64,000 nucleotides of DNA from contig CAVWHO010000013.1 of NCBI GenBank assembly GCA_963754875.1, positions 183,263 through 247,262 on the forward strand, written 5' to 3'. Within the stretch, counting starts at the first letter, position 1. Each line of letters opens with the position of its first letter. Origin of the DNA: Nitrospirota bacterium. GTDB lineage: Bacteria > Nitrospirota > UBA9217. Positions 49,901-60,018 of the stretch are shown here, in pieces. The translations under genes and the position numbers were made by a program. The notes beneath the pieces are model-generated. The model made no database searches. It was not told the DNA's origin and saw only the letters and a program-made list of their open reading frames with translations.

Positions 49901-51097
49901 TTACACCCACAACCTGATCAGTCCTGCAAGGAACACCAGAAGAACCGGGACGTACATCAGCCGGTACGTTGCTGCCATGTCTGCCTTGAAATATTGGATC
50001 GTCAGGAGCAGGCAGAGATGGGTGGGGGACAGCATCATGCCGGCAAAGCCGCTCGCAAAGGCGAAGGTGATCGAACCGAGATCCGGGTGGCCTCCCAGCA
50101 TGGCCGTGATGATCGGGAACGTGGCGCCGACGAACCCGACCGTGAGGCCGGTCAAGAGGCCGACGATGAAGGGGAGTGCAAACAGGATGATGCCCGTCGG
50201 CATCCCGCTTGCCGTAAAGAACGCGGGGAGCGCCTCAATGGCGCCTGATGCATCGAGCATTCCCTTGAACACCATGATGCCAACGGTCATGAGCACGATA
50301 TTTATGGAAAAGCTTTCCCGAAAAGCAGTTATGATCTCGCTCCACCTATAGCGGTAGAAGGCGAGCATGCCGGCAACAACTGATATCATCGCGAACGCAA
50401 GCGGCATCCCGAATACAGCGACAAGGATTATCGAGATGGTAATCGGCAGGAGCGTGATGAAGAGCGCCTTTATCTCGGCAAGGTCCCGCTGTCCCTGGAC
50501 TGTACTGCTCGTAATCCCCCGAAAACCGAGGAGAGCGCCCGCACCGATGACGGCGAGCGGAATCGGGAGCTGGGAGATAAGAAATTTATTGATCGGCACC
50601 TTGGTCACCGCGGCTGCAAGAACGACGCCCGGGTAGAGCGGTGAAATACATTCCCAGATGTGCCGGAACCAGTAATTGACGAAGGCCTTGTTCTCGGGCT
50701 CCATGGGCACCTCGGCTGCTGCGTCCTGCACCATGGGTGCCGAGAACACCGCGCCGCCGGCCGACGGCAGAAGGCCGATTACCCCGGGAAGGACGGCCAT
50801 GGCGACCCTGCGGTCTCGTGCCACGTTCACGACAGCCTCCATCATTCGCTTGAGCAGGCCCTTTTTTCTGATGATGTTTTCCAGGACCATGATAAGCACG
50901 AGGCCCGTCACCAGGTTGATCGTTATTGGGTCGATGGCCGATTGGAGCATTACCCGCGTCTGTTCCAGGGGGCCGATGCGGTAGAGCGCGCCGAGAAGGA
51001 CCGCTCCCGCGAGCATCACGAGCCCGAGGTTCCAGCGAAGACGCAAGAGAACGATGATGAGGGCGAAAGCGGTAAGGATTTTGATAAGATCGGTCAT
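49901..51097 (-). CDS. DUF401-family membrane transporter-like protein
   Basis: IGLLPS.GGA.FSAP, NYWFRH.WE..SPLYPG and SP.HLC. Confidence 0.85.
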   Translation of the reverse strand: MTDLIKILTAFALIIVLLRLRWNLGLVMLAGAVLLGALYRIGPLEQTRVMLQSAIDPITINLVTGLVLIMVLENIIRKKGLLKRMMEAVVNVARDRRVAMAVLPGVIGLLPSAGGAVFSAPMVQDAAAEVPMEPENKAFVNYWFRHIWECISPLYPGVVLAAAVTKVPINKFLISQLPIPLAVIGAGALLGFRGITSSTVQGQRDLAEIKALFITLLPITISIILVAVFGMPLAFAMISVVAGMLAFYRYRWSEIITAFRESFSINIVLMTVGIMVFKGMLDASGAIEALPAFFTASGMPTGIILFALPFIVGLLTGLTVGFVGATFPIITAMLGGHPDLGSITFAFASGFAGMMLSPTHLCLLLTIQYFKADMAATYRLMYVPVLLVFLAGLIRLWV

Positions 51098-51217
51098 TCT
51101 ATAAAAACCAGGTAACCACGGATGGATACGGTTTAAAAGCAGAGCCAAGAACGCGCAATAGATGAGCTTCCATGACGCACGACTTTGATGTGCCGTTATA
51201 ACAAACCCTTTTTTATT

Positions 51218-51246
51218 GTGTTCCCGCGTCCTCGCGGGACCGTGGT
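51218..51246. repeat. 29-nt hairpin repeat, copy 2
   Basis: Matches 48457-48485. Confidence 0.8.
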
Positions 51247-51280
51247 AGCAAATTTTGACTCTGGCTTGTCCCCATTCACG

Positions 51281-52081
51281 TCATCGGATATAGCCGGCGC
51301 CGAGGTAAAAGATGACCGCGGCGCGGATGGAGTAGCGTTGCATGCCCCAATCATCGGGGAGCGGCTGGAACGGGGCCGCCGCTTTGATCGCGCGGACCGC
51401 TTCGTCGTCGAGGATTTTGAAGCCCGACGATTTCAATACCTCGACCCCGCCGAGGGTGCCGTCCTTCAGAATGTCGAATTTAATAAAGAGGGTCCCCTGA
51501 TAGCCGGAAATGGCGGCGAGCTCGGGGTATTTGAGCACGCTCTCGACCTTGATCTTGAGCCAGCGGTTGTAGGACATGAACTTGAACTCGTCCGTATCGA
51601 GCGTGACCGAATCATCGCCGGGACTTTTTTGGGGCATGCCTTTGCGCGCGAGTTCGTCGATATCGTTCTGCGTCAGAAAGGGAAGCGGCCCGGTCTGCTT
51701 GCCCAGCTTCGGCGTGCCCGTTTTCCCGGTTTCCTTTCCTTCCTCCGCGCCTTCGCGCACGCCCGTGCGCGGCATGGTCTTCGGCAGCTTGACTTCGTCG
51801 CTTTCCCCGAATTTTTTCGGTTTAGGCACTTCGCTGGGAGGCAGTTGTTTTTCCGGGAGGGGGGGCTGAGGAACGGGAGGAACTGGTCGCACAGGAGCAG
51901 GCCGTTGCAGCGGCGGCAGCTGCCTGGTCTCCTGCGGAGGAAGGTTCACGATCCTGACCGGCGTAAAGACAGGAATCTCGGTCAGCGATGGCTTGAAGAG
52001 AAACACCACCGCAAGGATAACCAGCGCATGAAGCGCAAAGGAAATGATGAGAGATATCGTGAATTGCGATCGAGAAGGCAT
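51281..52081 (-). CDS. TonB-family energy transducer
   Basis: TM helix with SxxxH, Pro-rich linker, YP..A...G.QG and SSG...LD.EA. Confidence 0.88.
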   Translation of the reverse strand: MPSRSQFTISLIISFALHALVILAVVFLFKPSLTEIPVFTPVRIVNLPPQETRQLPPLQRPAPVRPVPPVPQPPLPEKQLPPSEVPKPKKFGESDEVKLPKTMPRTGVREGAEEGKETGKTGTPKLGKQTGPLPFLTQNDIDELARKGMPQKSPGDDSVTLDTDEFKFMSYNRWLKIKVESVLKYPELAAISGYQGTLFIKFDILKDGTLGGVEVLKSSGFKILDDEAVRAIKAAAPFQPLPDDWGMQRYSIRAAVIFYLGAGYIR

Positions 52082-52101
52082 GAGTAAGTGAAGCAATATT
52101 A

Positions 52102-52144
52102 CCACGGAGACGAATCATCACCGAGGGAAAGCGCGTCTCCGTGG
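52102..52144. repeat. 11-bp perfect inverted repeat
   Basis: CCACGGAGACG ... CGTCTCCGTGG. Confidence 0.7.
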
Positions 52145-53188
52145 CTAAATAGTTTTTTGCATCCGGTCGGAGACTTCCCGGAGCAGTTTCAGGATCGCCT
52201 CTGCCTTGTCAGGCGTCAGGCTGCCCAGGCCGCAGGACGGCGTTATGAGGCTTTGGCTGACGATGGTGTCGCGAGTGATGCCCTGCGCTTCAAGCCGCTT
52301 CATGCCTTCCCCGAGCTTTCCCAGGAGCATGTCTGCAGTCTCGTTTCCCGTATAGGCGCCTGCGGGCACAGCTCCCCAGGCGAGCGCTCCGCCGCGCGCC
52401 AGGAACTTTTTGATGTCGCCAGGGTAGAGCATCACCTTGTCCATATACCCGAAAGCATCGAAGTTGATGATGTCGATCCTGGTGTTGAACAGCATGGGCC
52501 AGTCCGCATTCCCGCAGCAGTGGATGCCTGCGATGCCGCCCAGTTCGTGGATCGTGTCGATGATCTCGTTCAGTTTTTCAGCGACAACCTCCGAGGAAAC
52601 AGCGGAAAAGGCCGAGCCGAGCGACTCCATGGCAGGCTCGTCAATAAAGATGATGACCGGCTTTCCGAACTGTTTGAATTGGCCGATCTGCCATGCCGCT
52701 TTCATGGCCAGGCCTTTGACAACCGCATCGAACAGCACGTCGTTGTGGACAATGTCCTTGCCTGTTTCGTCTTTGAAGGAAATCCCGGCAGTAAGCGGAC
52801 CGGTGATGTGGCCCTTAATGAACCGTGTTTTGGCAGGAAGACCTTTCTTCAAAGCACGGAGGAAAGCATAAAACCCGGCCGCATATTCTTCCGACAATTT
52901 AAAAAAATCATAGTCCCTTTCAAGATAATGTTCGAAGAATTTCTCGAGCTCCGGCGTGAGATCCCTTGACGAGTCGAAATAAAACCGGTTTTTCTTTGCG
53001 TCCAGCCGTAAACCGGGCAGGGACTCGCTGTACTGACAGTCCATCTGCTCGCGGAAATCCCGTTGAGAAAGCTGGGGCCATATCGGCGCTTCCGCAAGAT
53101 ACTGAAGCGACAGGGCCGCTGCCTCGTCGGCGTCCTTGACCGGCAGGCTGCCGATGCCCGTGGCAATGCAGTTGAAACGAATAGTCAT
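52145..53188 (-). CDS. Core (single-barrel) methionine synthase-like protein, probably MesB-type
   Basis: 347 aa; TGIGSLP, P.WPQL, KGHITGP.T, IDEP and Zn ligands IHCC and ITPSCG. Confidence 0.75.
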   Translation of the reverse strand: MTIRFNCIATGIGSLPVKDADEAAALSLQYLAEAPIWPQLSQRDFREQMDCQYSESLPGLRLDAKKNRFYFDSSRDLTPELEKFFEHYLERDYDFFKLSEEYAAGFYAFLRALKKGLPAKTRFIKGHITGPLTAGISFKDETGKDIVHNDVLFDAVVKGLAMKAAWQIGQFKQFGKPVIIFIDEPAMESLGSAFSAVSSEVVAEKLNEIIDTIHELGGIAGIHCCGNADWPMLFNTRIDIINFDAFGYMDKVMLYPGDIKKFLARGGALAWGAVPAGAYTGNETADMLLGKLGEGMKRLEAQGITRDTIVSQSLITPSCGLGSLTPDKAEAILKLLREVSDRMQKTI

Positions 53189-53326
53189 GACATTAGACCT
53201 CGAATGAAGAAAAAAGTTACATCTGTAATTATATAATTAGCTGCGAGAAAAAACAACTTAAATGATAATAACGGTGAATTGCTGAAGTATACGACGGGGC
53301 AATACTGATTTTTGTTGTGAATCGAG

Positions 53327-53388
53327 CAGGGGGCCTCGGCCCCCTTTTTTTATTGTTGTAATCAGCGGGACGTCGGTCCTGCTTTTTT
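53327..53388 (+). terminator. Two tandem terminator-like hairpins
   Basis: AGGGGGCC/GGCCCCCT stem followed by a T run, then AGCGGGAC-gtcg-GTCCTGCT followed by a T run. Confidence 0.7.
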
Positions 53389-53474
53389 GATGAATGAATA
53401 CATACGTGTATCGGCTCTTTCCGAAAAGTAGTTTCATCTTTACAGAATGACGGAAAACCGGTACTATGCAAGCC

Positions 53475-53834
53475 ATGAAATACGGAACGACAGCAGTCAA
53501 GCAGGCCAAGCTCGAACTCTGGCCCAATCCGAATCCTGACCGGGACTACGTCATCGACATCTCCTATCCTGAATTCACCTGTCTCTGCCCGCGCTCGGGG
53601 TACCCCGATTTCGCGACGATCAAAATTACTTATACGCCTGACAAAAGAGTCGTGGAACTCAAGGCGCTCAAACTCTGGCTGAACGGTTTCCGGGACCAGT
53701 GCATCTCTCACGAAGCCGTGACGAACCTGATCTTCGACACGCTCGCAAAAAACCTCAAGCCGCGCGCCCTGGAAGTGATCGGCGATTTCAACGTGCGGGG
53801 CAACGTGAAGACGGTGATCCGTGTTGCACTGTAA
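53475..53834 (+). CDS. queF: preQ1 synthase (7-cyano-7-deazaguanine reductase)
   Basis: [24 protein letters not shown] and FNVRG. Confidence 0.96.
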   Translation: MKYGTTAVKQAKLELWPNPNPDRDYVIDISYPEFTCLCPRSGYPDFATIKITYTPDKRVVELKALKLWLNGFRDQCISHEAVTNLIFDTLAKNLKPRALEVIGDFNVRGNVKTVIRVAL

Positions 53835-54007
53835 CACGACAACAACAGACCATTTCTGCATCTTCCGTAACCAGGACGTCTTCTCCCTTCTTTTCCCGCG
53901 TCATTCCTTGCCAAACTGAGCCTAACTCAACGAAATATCTTGACTATTTTACAGCGCCATGTTATCAATGCACTGTTGTAGTGCACTCAATAACACGGAG
54001 GTCGTTC

Positions 54008-55069
54008 ATGAGGTTTTTGATCAAGGCCGCTCTTCCCTTTTTAGTGCTTTCATTCTTCGTTCCTCTCTTGTCAGGCGCAGCTGTTGCCCCCGAGTCGTTT
54101 GCTCCTCTCGTGAAAAAAGAGATGCCCGCGGTCGTGAACATCTCGACTAAACAGGTTGTCAAGGTCCAGCAGCAATCGCCCTTCGGCGACCCCCAGATGG
54201 ATGAATTTTTCTACCAGTTTTTCGGCGGGAGGCCGCAGCGCGAGCAGGTGAGACAGAGCCTTGGGTCAGGGTTTATCATCAGTCCCGACGGCTACATATT
54301 GACGAACAACCATGTTGTGGACATGGCAAAAGACATCAAGGTCGCCCTCTCGGACGGCAGAGTGCTTGACGCAAAGCTCATCGGCAGATCCCGGGACATC
54401 GACATTGCCTTGATCAAGGTGGAAGCTTCGGACCTCCCCTCGGTGTCGTTAGGCGATTCCGACGCGCTCGAAGTAGGAGACTGGGTCATAGCCATCGGCA
54501 ATCCCTTCGGGCTGTCGCATACGGTAACGGCAGGGATTGTGTCCGCCAAAGGACGCGTCATCGGCGTGGGCCCCTATGATGACCTCATTCAGACCGATGC
54601 CGCCATCAACCCCGGCAACAGCGGGGGGCCGTTGTTCAATATTAATGGCGACGTCATAGGGATCAACACGGTCATCATTGCAACAGGACAGAACCTGGGC
54701 TTCGCCATCCCGATCAGCATGGTGAAGGATGTTCTGCCCTCGATCAAGGAAAAGGGAAGGCCTGACATGGGATGGCTCGGGGTTTCCGCCCAAGCGGTCA
54801 CGCCCGACCTCGCTGCTGCTCTCGGCCTGCAGGACCCGATCGGCGCAATCATTAACGGGATCACCAAGGGAAGCCCGGCGGAGAAAGCAGGTCTCCGGCG
54901 CGGCGACGTGATCATCGAACTCGACGGCAAGAAAATACTCGACCCTTCTGAACTGCCAAGGATGGTGGCTTTCAGGCATATCGGCAAGACCGTCCTGCTG
55001 AAGGTGGTCCGCCAGGGAAAACCCCTGGACATCAAGGCCGTTATCGAAATGAAGCCGGATAAGAAATGA
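54008..55069 (+). CDS. HtrA/DegQ-family serine protease with one PDZ domain
   Basis: TNNHVV and TDAAINPGNSGG; ATG 54008 after GGAGG. Confidence 0.92.
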   Translation: MRFLIKAALPFLVLSFFVPLLSGAAVAPESFAPLVKKEMPAVVNISTKQVVKVQQQSPFGDPQMDEFFYQFFGGRPQREQVRQSLGSGFIISPDGYILTNNHVVDMAKDIKVALSDGRVLDAKLIGRSRDIDIALIKVEASDLPSVSLGDSDALEVGDWVIAIGNPFGLSHTVTAGIVSAKGRVIGVGPYDDLIQTDAAINPGNSGGPLFNINGDVIGINTVIIATGQNLGFAIPISMVKDVLPSIKEKGRPDMGWLGVSAQAVTPDLAAALGLQDPIGAIINGITKGSPAEKAGLRRGDVIIELDGKKILDPSELPRMVAFRHIGKTVLLKVVRQGKPLDIKAVIEMKPDKK

Positions 55070-55119
55070 TTACGGTGAGAAAAGCAATAAACCCGTAATC
55101 CGAAAGCAAGGAGAAGCAT

Positions 55120-55470
55120 ATGTTCGGTCTCGGAATAGGTGAACTACTGGTCATATTCGTTATCGCCCTCGTCGTCTTCGGTCCCAAGAAGCTTCCGGAA
55201 ATCGGCCGCTCCGTGGGACGGGCCATGATGGAGTTCAAGAAAGCGTCCCAGGAATTTCAGGACTCCATGCGCGAGGAAATGAAGGAAGTGGAAAAGACCG
55301 CACAGCTCGACGAGATCAAGAAACTCGGCAATATCCAGCTCCCCGATTACATCGAACCCGAAGCAGCAAAGGCCCCGGAGCCGCAGGGAGAGGGCCAGAA
55401 GGCAGAGCAAAAGCCGGTCGAACAAAAACCGGATGAGCACAAGAGCGAGGAGACAAAGGGCAATGCCTGA
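55120..55470 (+). CDS. Twin-arginine translocase TatA/TatB subunit
   Basis: MFGLG..EL...FGPKKLPE...EFKKA with a long charged tail; upstream of tatC. Confidence 0.92.
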   Translation: MFGLGIGELLVIFVIALVVFGPKKLPEIGRSVGRAMMEFKKASQEFQDSMREEMKEVEKTAQLDEIKKLGNIQLPDYIEPEAAKAPEPQGEGQKAEQKPVEQKPDEHKSEETKGNA

Positions 55471-56268
55471 AGAAGATTTACGGATGTCGTTCTGGGGCCA
55501 CCTGGAGGAACTGAGAAAAAGACTTGTCCGGTCATTCATCTGGATCGCCATCGGATTCGGCGTTTGCTTTAATTACTCCGAGGACATCCTGGCCGCGCTC
55601 ATGTGGCCCATGAATTCGAAGATCGTTCTGAAGCACACCTTCCCGTTCTTCTCATCCATCCCGAACGCCGTTCCGCAAAAGCTGCACTACACGACGCTGA
55701 TCGAACCTTTCTGGTCCCACTTGAAGATCGGGCTCATTGCAGGCCTCATGCTGGTCTTTCCCCTCGTCATGCACGAGCTGTGGAAGTTCTTCTCTCCGGC
55801 GTTGCATCTGAAAGAGCGGAAATACATCGGATATTTCGTCCTGTTCTCCACGCTGTTTTTCGCGGCAGGAGTTCTCTTCTGTTACATGGTGCTGCTGCCG
55901 GTCGCCATCCCGTTTCTCCTGACCTATAAGACCGACAACCTGATCGCGATCATCAAGATCGGCGACTATATCGATTTTGTCCTCAAATTTCTCCTGGCGA
56001 GCGGGCTGGTCTTCGAACTTCCCCTCATTATCGTCCTCTTGAGCCGCATGGGCATCGTGAGCTCCCGCTGTCTTGGCGAAATACCGGAAGTTTGCCATTC
56101 CTCGGCGCGTTCATCCTCGGCGCGATCCTGACGCCGACGCCGGATGTGTTCAACCAGACCATTCTTTCCATCCCGATCTACCTGCTGTATGAACTGGGCA
56201 TTCTCTTTGCCCGGGTATTCGGGAAGCCGAAAAAAACAACGCCGACCGACGTGGCGGAGACGGAATAA
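55463..56268 (+). CDS. tatC: Twin-arginine translocase TatC; frameshifts at ~56065-56100
   Basis: HLEELRKRL, PAL..KE and FELP; LTPTPDVFNQ and LLYE follow in another frame. Confidence 0.92.
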
Positions 56269-56551
56269 TTGATGAAATAGCAGGTAACTAGGGAGGCATC
56301 CCTGATTACGATACTCGGGAACAGGCTCCGGGCACGGATTATCTTAATCTTGCGAAATAACCCTCTAGCGAAAATGGAAAAAAAGCCGGGGAAACGGGGC
56401 AAGAGACTGTTTCATTAGCTTGTTCTCCTTTCGCATTTCAATTCTTTCTTTCCCCTTGGGGATGTTTCAGGATTTGTGATTTCTCAACGTACCAACGAAC
56501 GATTCAATAATCGTGTACAGAGGAACGTCTCCTCCAAAAGTCGGATTCTCT

Positions 56552-57055
56552 ATGCGCCTATTTTCCTTCGTAGCTGCGGCCTCCAACAGCGGCAAAACCA
56601 CGCTTATTGAGAAAGTCGTGGCAATTCTCAAGGCGAGGGGACTGCGTGTGGCCGTAGTGAAACACTCCTCAGTGGGCTTCGACGTCGACAAGCCGGGCAA
56701 GGACTCATGGCGCTTTCAACAGGCCGGTGCGGACACGGTGGTGCTGGTGGGGCCGGGGAAGATGGCGATCATGAAGACGGTCAGTCACGAACCGTCGCCG
56801 CAAGAGCTTCTCCAGGCAACAGGAAACGCGGATGTCGTAATTCATGAAGGGTTTAAAAAGAACGAGATGAACATGATCGAGGTCTTCCGGCACGGCGTCT
56901 CGGGAGAACGGCCCCTCTGCATGGGCGATGCTTCATCGTTTCTCGCCTTGGTGAGCGACTGCCCGTTCCCTGTTTCCATTCCCCGCTTCGACCTGAACGA
57001 CGCCGCCGGCGTTGCTGATTTTCTGGTAAAAAAAATTCACAGTGCTGCACAATAA
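56552..57055 (+). CDS. mobB: Molybdopterin-guanine dinucleotide biosynthesis protein B
   Basis: SNSGKTTL, VKH, D.PGKDSWRF..AGA and EGFK. Confidence 0.92.
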   Translation: MRLFSFVAAASNSGKTTLIEKVVAILKARGLRVAVVKHSSVGFDVDKPGKDSWRFQQAGADTVVLVGPGKMAIMKTVSHEPSPQELLQATGNADVVIHEGFKKNEMNMIEVFRHGVSGERPLCMGDASSFLALVSDCPFPVSIPRFDLNDAAGVADFLVKKIHSAAQ

Positions 57056-57398
57056 CAAGTGAAACCCTGGTAGAAAGCGACCTCCGGCAGTAGCAGACGC
57101 TCGTATATGCATCACGGGTCCCCCTTGTGCACGGCCAGGGTGAACGCAGTTCGGTCTTGTAAATTCGGAATGTTGAAGCAGGTTTTATCCCTGAGCGGCC
57201 GAGGTCGCTTGTGGCTAAAAACCAGGCCTTGAGACTCTTTAGCTGTCTTCAGAATTCTTATCAAAAATTCTGATTGAAATATCACTTTATTTAATAGCAT
57301 ATATTTTTTTTTCATTGACATTCTTGGCGGTTTTCCATATTTTATTACGTGCAACATCTTGCGCTTAAGCGCAGTGGTGCACGAGGAAAGGATCACCG

Positions 57399-58684
57399 AT
57401 GTCCGGAGCACGTTCGAAAAAGCTGTTTGAAGAAGCAAAAAAACATATACCCGGCGGTGTGAACAGCCCGGTGCGGGCGTTCCGTTCCGTGGGCGGTGAA
57501 CCGCTTTTCATCAAGAAAGCAAAGGGATCGAAGATCTTTGATGCCGATGGAAAAGCGTATATCGATTACGTTCTTTCCTGGGGCCCGATGATCCTGGGGC
57601 ATACGCATCCCGTTGTGACCGCAGCGCTCAAAAAAGCGATTGCAAACGGTACGAGTTTCGGCGCTCCCACGGAGCTTGAGATCACGCTGGCCAAGATGGT
57701 GAAAAAAGCGTTTCCTTCCATCGAACTGGTGCGCATGGTGAGTTCCGGCACTGAAGCGACGATGAGTGCCATCAGAGTCGCACGGGGATATACGCGGCGG
57801 GACAAGATCGTCAAGTTCGAGGGCGGTTACCACGGACACGGCAACAGCCTGCTGGTGAAAGCCGGGAGCGGAGTGGCGACCTTCGGGCTGCCGGACAGCC
57901 CGGGCGTCCCGGCTGACCTTGGCGAAGCTCACCATCACGATCCCCTACAACGACCTTGCAGCATTCAAAGATGTCGCGTCCCGTGAAGGCGATGCAGATA
58001 GCGTGCATCATCGTCGAGCCGGTGGCGGGAAACATGGGCTGCGTTCCTCCGGAGCCCGGATTTCTCGAAGGCCTGAGAACGGTCTGCGACCAGCACGGCA
58101 TTCTCCTCATTTTCGATGAAGTGATGACCGGGTTCCGCGTGGCCTACGGCGGGGCCCAGCAGCTCTATAAGATCAAGCCCGACATGACCTGCCTCGGCAA
58201 GGTGATCGGCGGCGGGTTGCCGGTGGGGGCTTTCGGCGGAAGACGCGATATTATGGAAAATGTCGCCCCCATCGGTCCCATCTACCAGGCAGGCACGCTC
58301 TCCGGGAACCCTCTTGCCATGACCGCGGGCATCGAGACATTGAAGCTCCTCTCCAAACCGGGCGTCTACAAGTCGCTCGAAAAAAGCTCTGCTGATCTTC
58401 AGAAGGGCCTGGCTGACGCAGCGAAGGAAGCGGGAGTGCCGACCACATTTAACCGGGTCGGGTCCATGTTCACCGCCTTCTTTACGGATCAAAAGGTGAA
58501 GGATTTTGCAAGTGCCAAAACATCCGATACTGCCCGCTTCGGGAAGTATTTCCTGTCCATGCTCAAGAACGGCGTGAACCTCGCGCCTTCGCAGTTCGAG
58601 GCCGCGTTTATGTCCCTTGCCCACACCAGTGCGGACATCAATAAGACCGTCGAGGCGGCGCGGAAAAGCATGAAGGGACTGTAA
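57399..58684 (+). CDS. hemL: Glutamate-1-semialdehyde 2,1-aminomutase; frameshifts near 57920 and 57995
   Basis: [37 protein letters not shown] and QAGTLSGNP. Confidence 0.95.
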
Positions 58685-58696
58685 TGCGGAGAAGCG

Positions 58697-58797
58697 CCAA
58701 ATTTCAAGCACTAAATTACAAATTGGTTCCAATATCAAAATTCGGAATTGTTTATGAACCTGTCTTGACAATTGGTGCTCATTTGAGATTTGGAATG
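58697..58797. repeat. Degenerate heptamer inverted array
   Basis: ccaaatt tcaagca ctaaatt acaaatt ... aattgg tgctcat ttgagat ttggaat. Confidence 0.55.
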
Positions 58798-58809
58798 TGA
58801 TGTCTCCTT

Positions 58810-59061
58810 ATGGAAGAAAAAGACCGTAAGCTCATGCGCATGCTGGGCGTCTTGAGCACCGTGGGTCTGACCATGGTGTTTGCAACGGTCATCGGTTTTT
58901 ATATCGGGCTGAAACTCGACAAATGGCTTGGCACATCTCCCTGGCTTACTGTGGTCTTTGTCCTGTTCGGTCTTATAGCCGGATTTCGGAACCTTTTCGT
59001 GTACGCCAAAAGAAGCCAAAAAACGCTGGAAGAAGACGAAGATAAAAAGCATGACCGATGA
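58810..59061 (+). CDS. AtpZ/Atp1-family protein
   Basis: Two TM helices with G..IG..LDKWLGT.PW and G..AGF.N. Confidence 0.9.
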   Translation: MEEKDRKLMRMLGVLSTVGLTMVFATVIGFYIGLKLDKWLGTSPWLTVVFVLFGLIAGFRNLFVYAKRSQKTLEEDEDKKHDR

Positions 59062-59491
59062 AACGCAGACACGACGCCGGCAAGTAGCGGAGATATTGAA
59101 GGCCGTGTCCGGGAAGACCGCCCTCTTTGTACTTCCGGTCACTGCTGCTGCACTGGTGTATGCGCTTGTCCAGCAGCGGGGAGAACGCTGGTGGTTCCTG
59201 CCGGCAAGCATCCTCTTCGGCGGGGCGCTCGGGCTCCTGAATTTTCGCTGGCTTGCAATCGCAGTCGAACGCGTGTATCTGCGGAAGGGCGCGACAGCCG
59301 TAGTTTCGGGCCTGGCAGCGGCGATCATCAGCATTCTCAAGCTTGCGGTCATTTTTATCATTCTCTTTGTCGTCATGAAATGGCAGCTCGTTCATATTTT
59401 CGGCCTTGTCGGAGGGCTTTCTCTCTGTTTCCTGGCCATTCTGTGGGAAGGAGCGACTCTGATGAAGCAGACACTGAAATTCGACAAATAG
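59051..59491 (+). CDS. atpI: ATP synthase subunit I-like membrane protein
   Basis: Four TM helices with GG.LG..NF.WL; overlaps the atpZ stop. Confidence 0.75.
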   Translation: MTDETQTRRRQVAEILKAVSGKTALFVLPVTAAALVYALVQQRGERWWFLPASILFGGALGLLNFRWLAIAVERVYLRKGATAVVSGLAAAIISILKLAVIFIILFVVMKWQLVHIFGLVGGLSLCFLAILWEGATLMKQTLKFDK

Positions 59492-59547
59492 TGAGACCAT
59501 AACCGCTGCTATCGGCAGGTGAAGAATATAAGAGAGGAGTCAATGTC

Positions 59548-60018
59548 ATGAAGAATCACGTGTGGAGACCGCTGTTCGTGGTCATTGGTATCATCATCCT
59601 GATATTGCTGGCCAGAATAGTGATCGTCCCCAAAGATTTCGGCATACATGAGCGCGGGTACATGTACGGCTGGCACCGCAAGGGGAATGAAGAGGACTGG
59701 AAGAAGTTCAAGGTAAAGTACCAAGGAAAAGAATACTGCAAGGATTGTCATCCTGACAAGTACGACAGCATCAATAAAACTCCGCACCGGATCATTCAGT
59801 GCGAGAACTGCCATGGCCCCGCAATCGACCATCCGTCGGACCCGCCGAAGCTGACCATCGACAAGAGCAGGGCGCTCTGCCTCCGGTGCCACTTTCCGCT
59901 TCCCTATCCTTCAAGCGGAAGAGCAAATATCATCAGCATCGATCCGGACAAGCATAATCCTGATATAGAGTGTTCTACTTGTCACAATCCTCACAATCCG
60001 ATGGAGGGCCTGAGATGA
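59548..60018 (+). CDS. Membrane-anchored tetraheme cytochrome c
   Basis: CKDCH, CENCH, CLRCH and CSTCH. Confidence 0.92.
   Translation: MKNHVWRPLFVVIGIIILILLARIVIVPKDFGIHERGYMYGWHRKGNEEDWKKFKVKYQGKEYCKDCHPDKYDSINKTPHRIIQCENCHGPAIDHPSDPPKLTIDKSRALCLRCHFPLPYPSSGRANIISIDPDKHNPDIECSTCHNPHNPMEGLR

Noticed and set aside
53229..53470. preQ1 riboswitch upstream of queF
   Set aside because: No recognisable preQ1 aptamer, and queF appears to have its own leaderless promoter.
53699..54007. ~100-aa N-terminal extension of the second HtrA protease
   Set aside because: It overlaps queF; the signal peptide and RBS start at ATG 54008.
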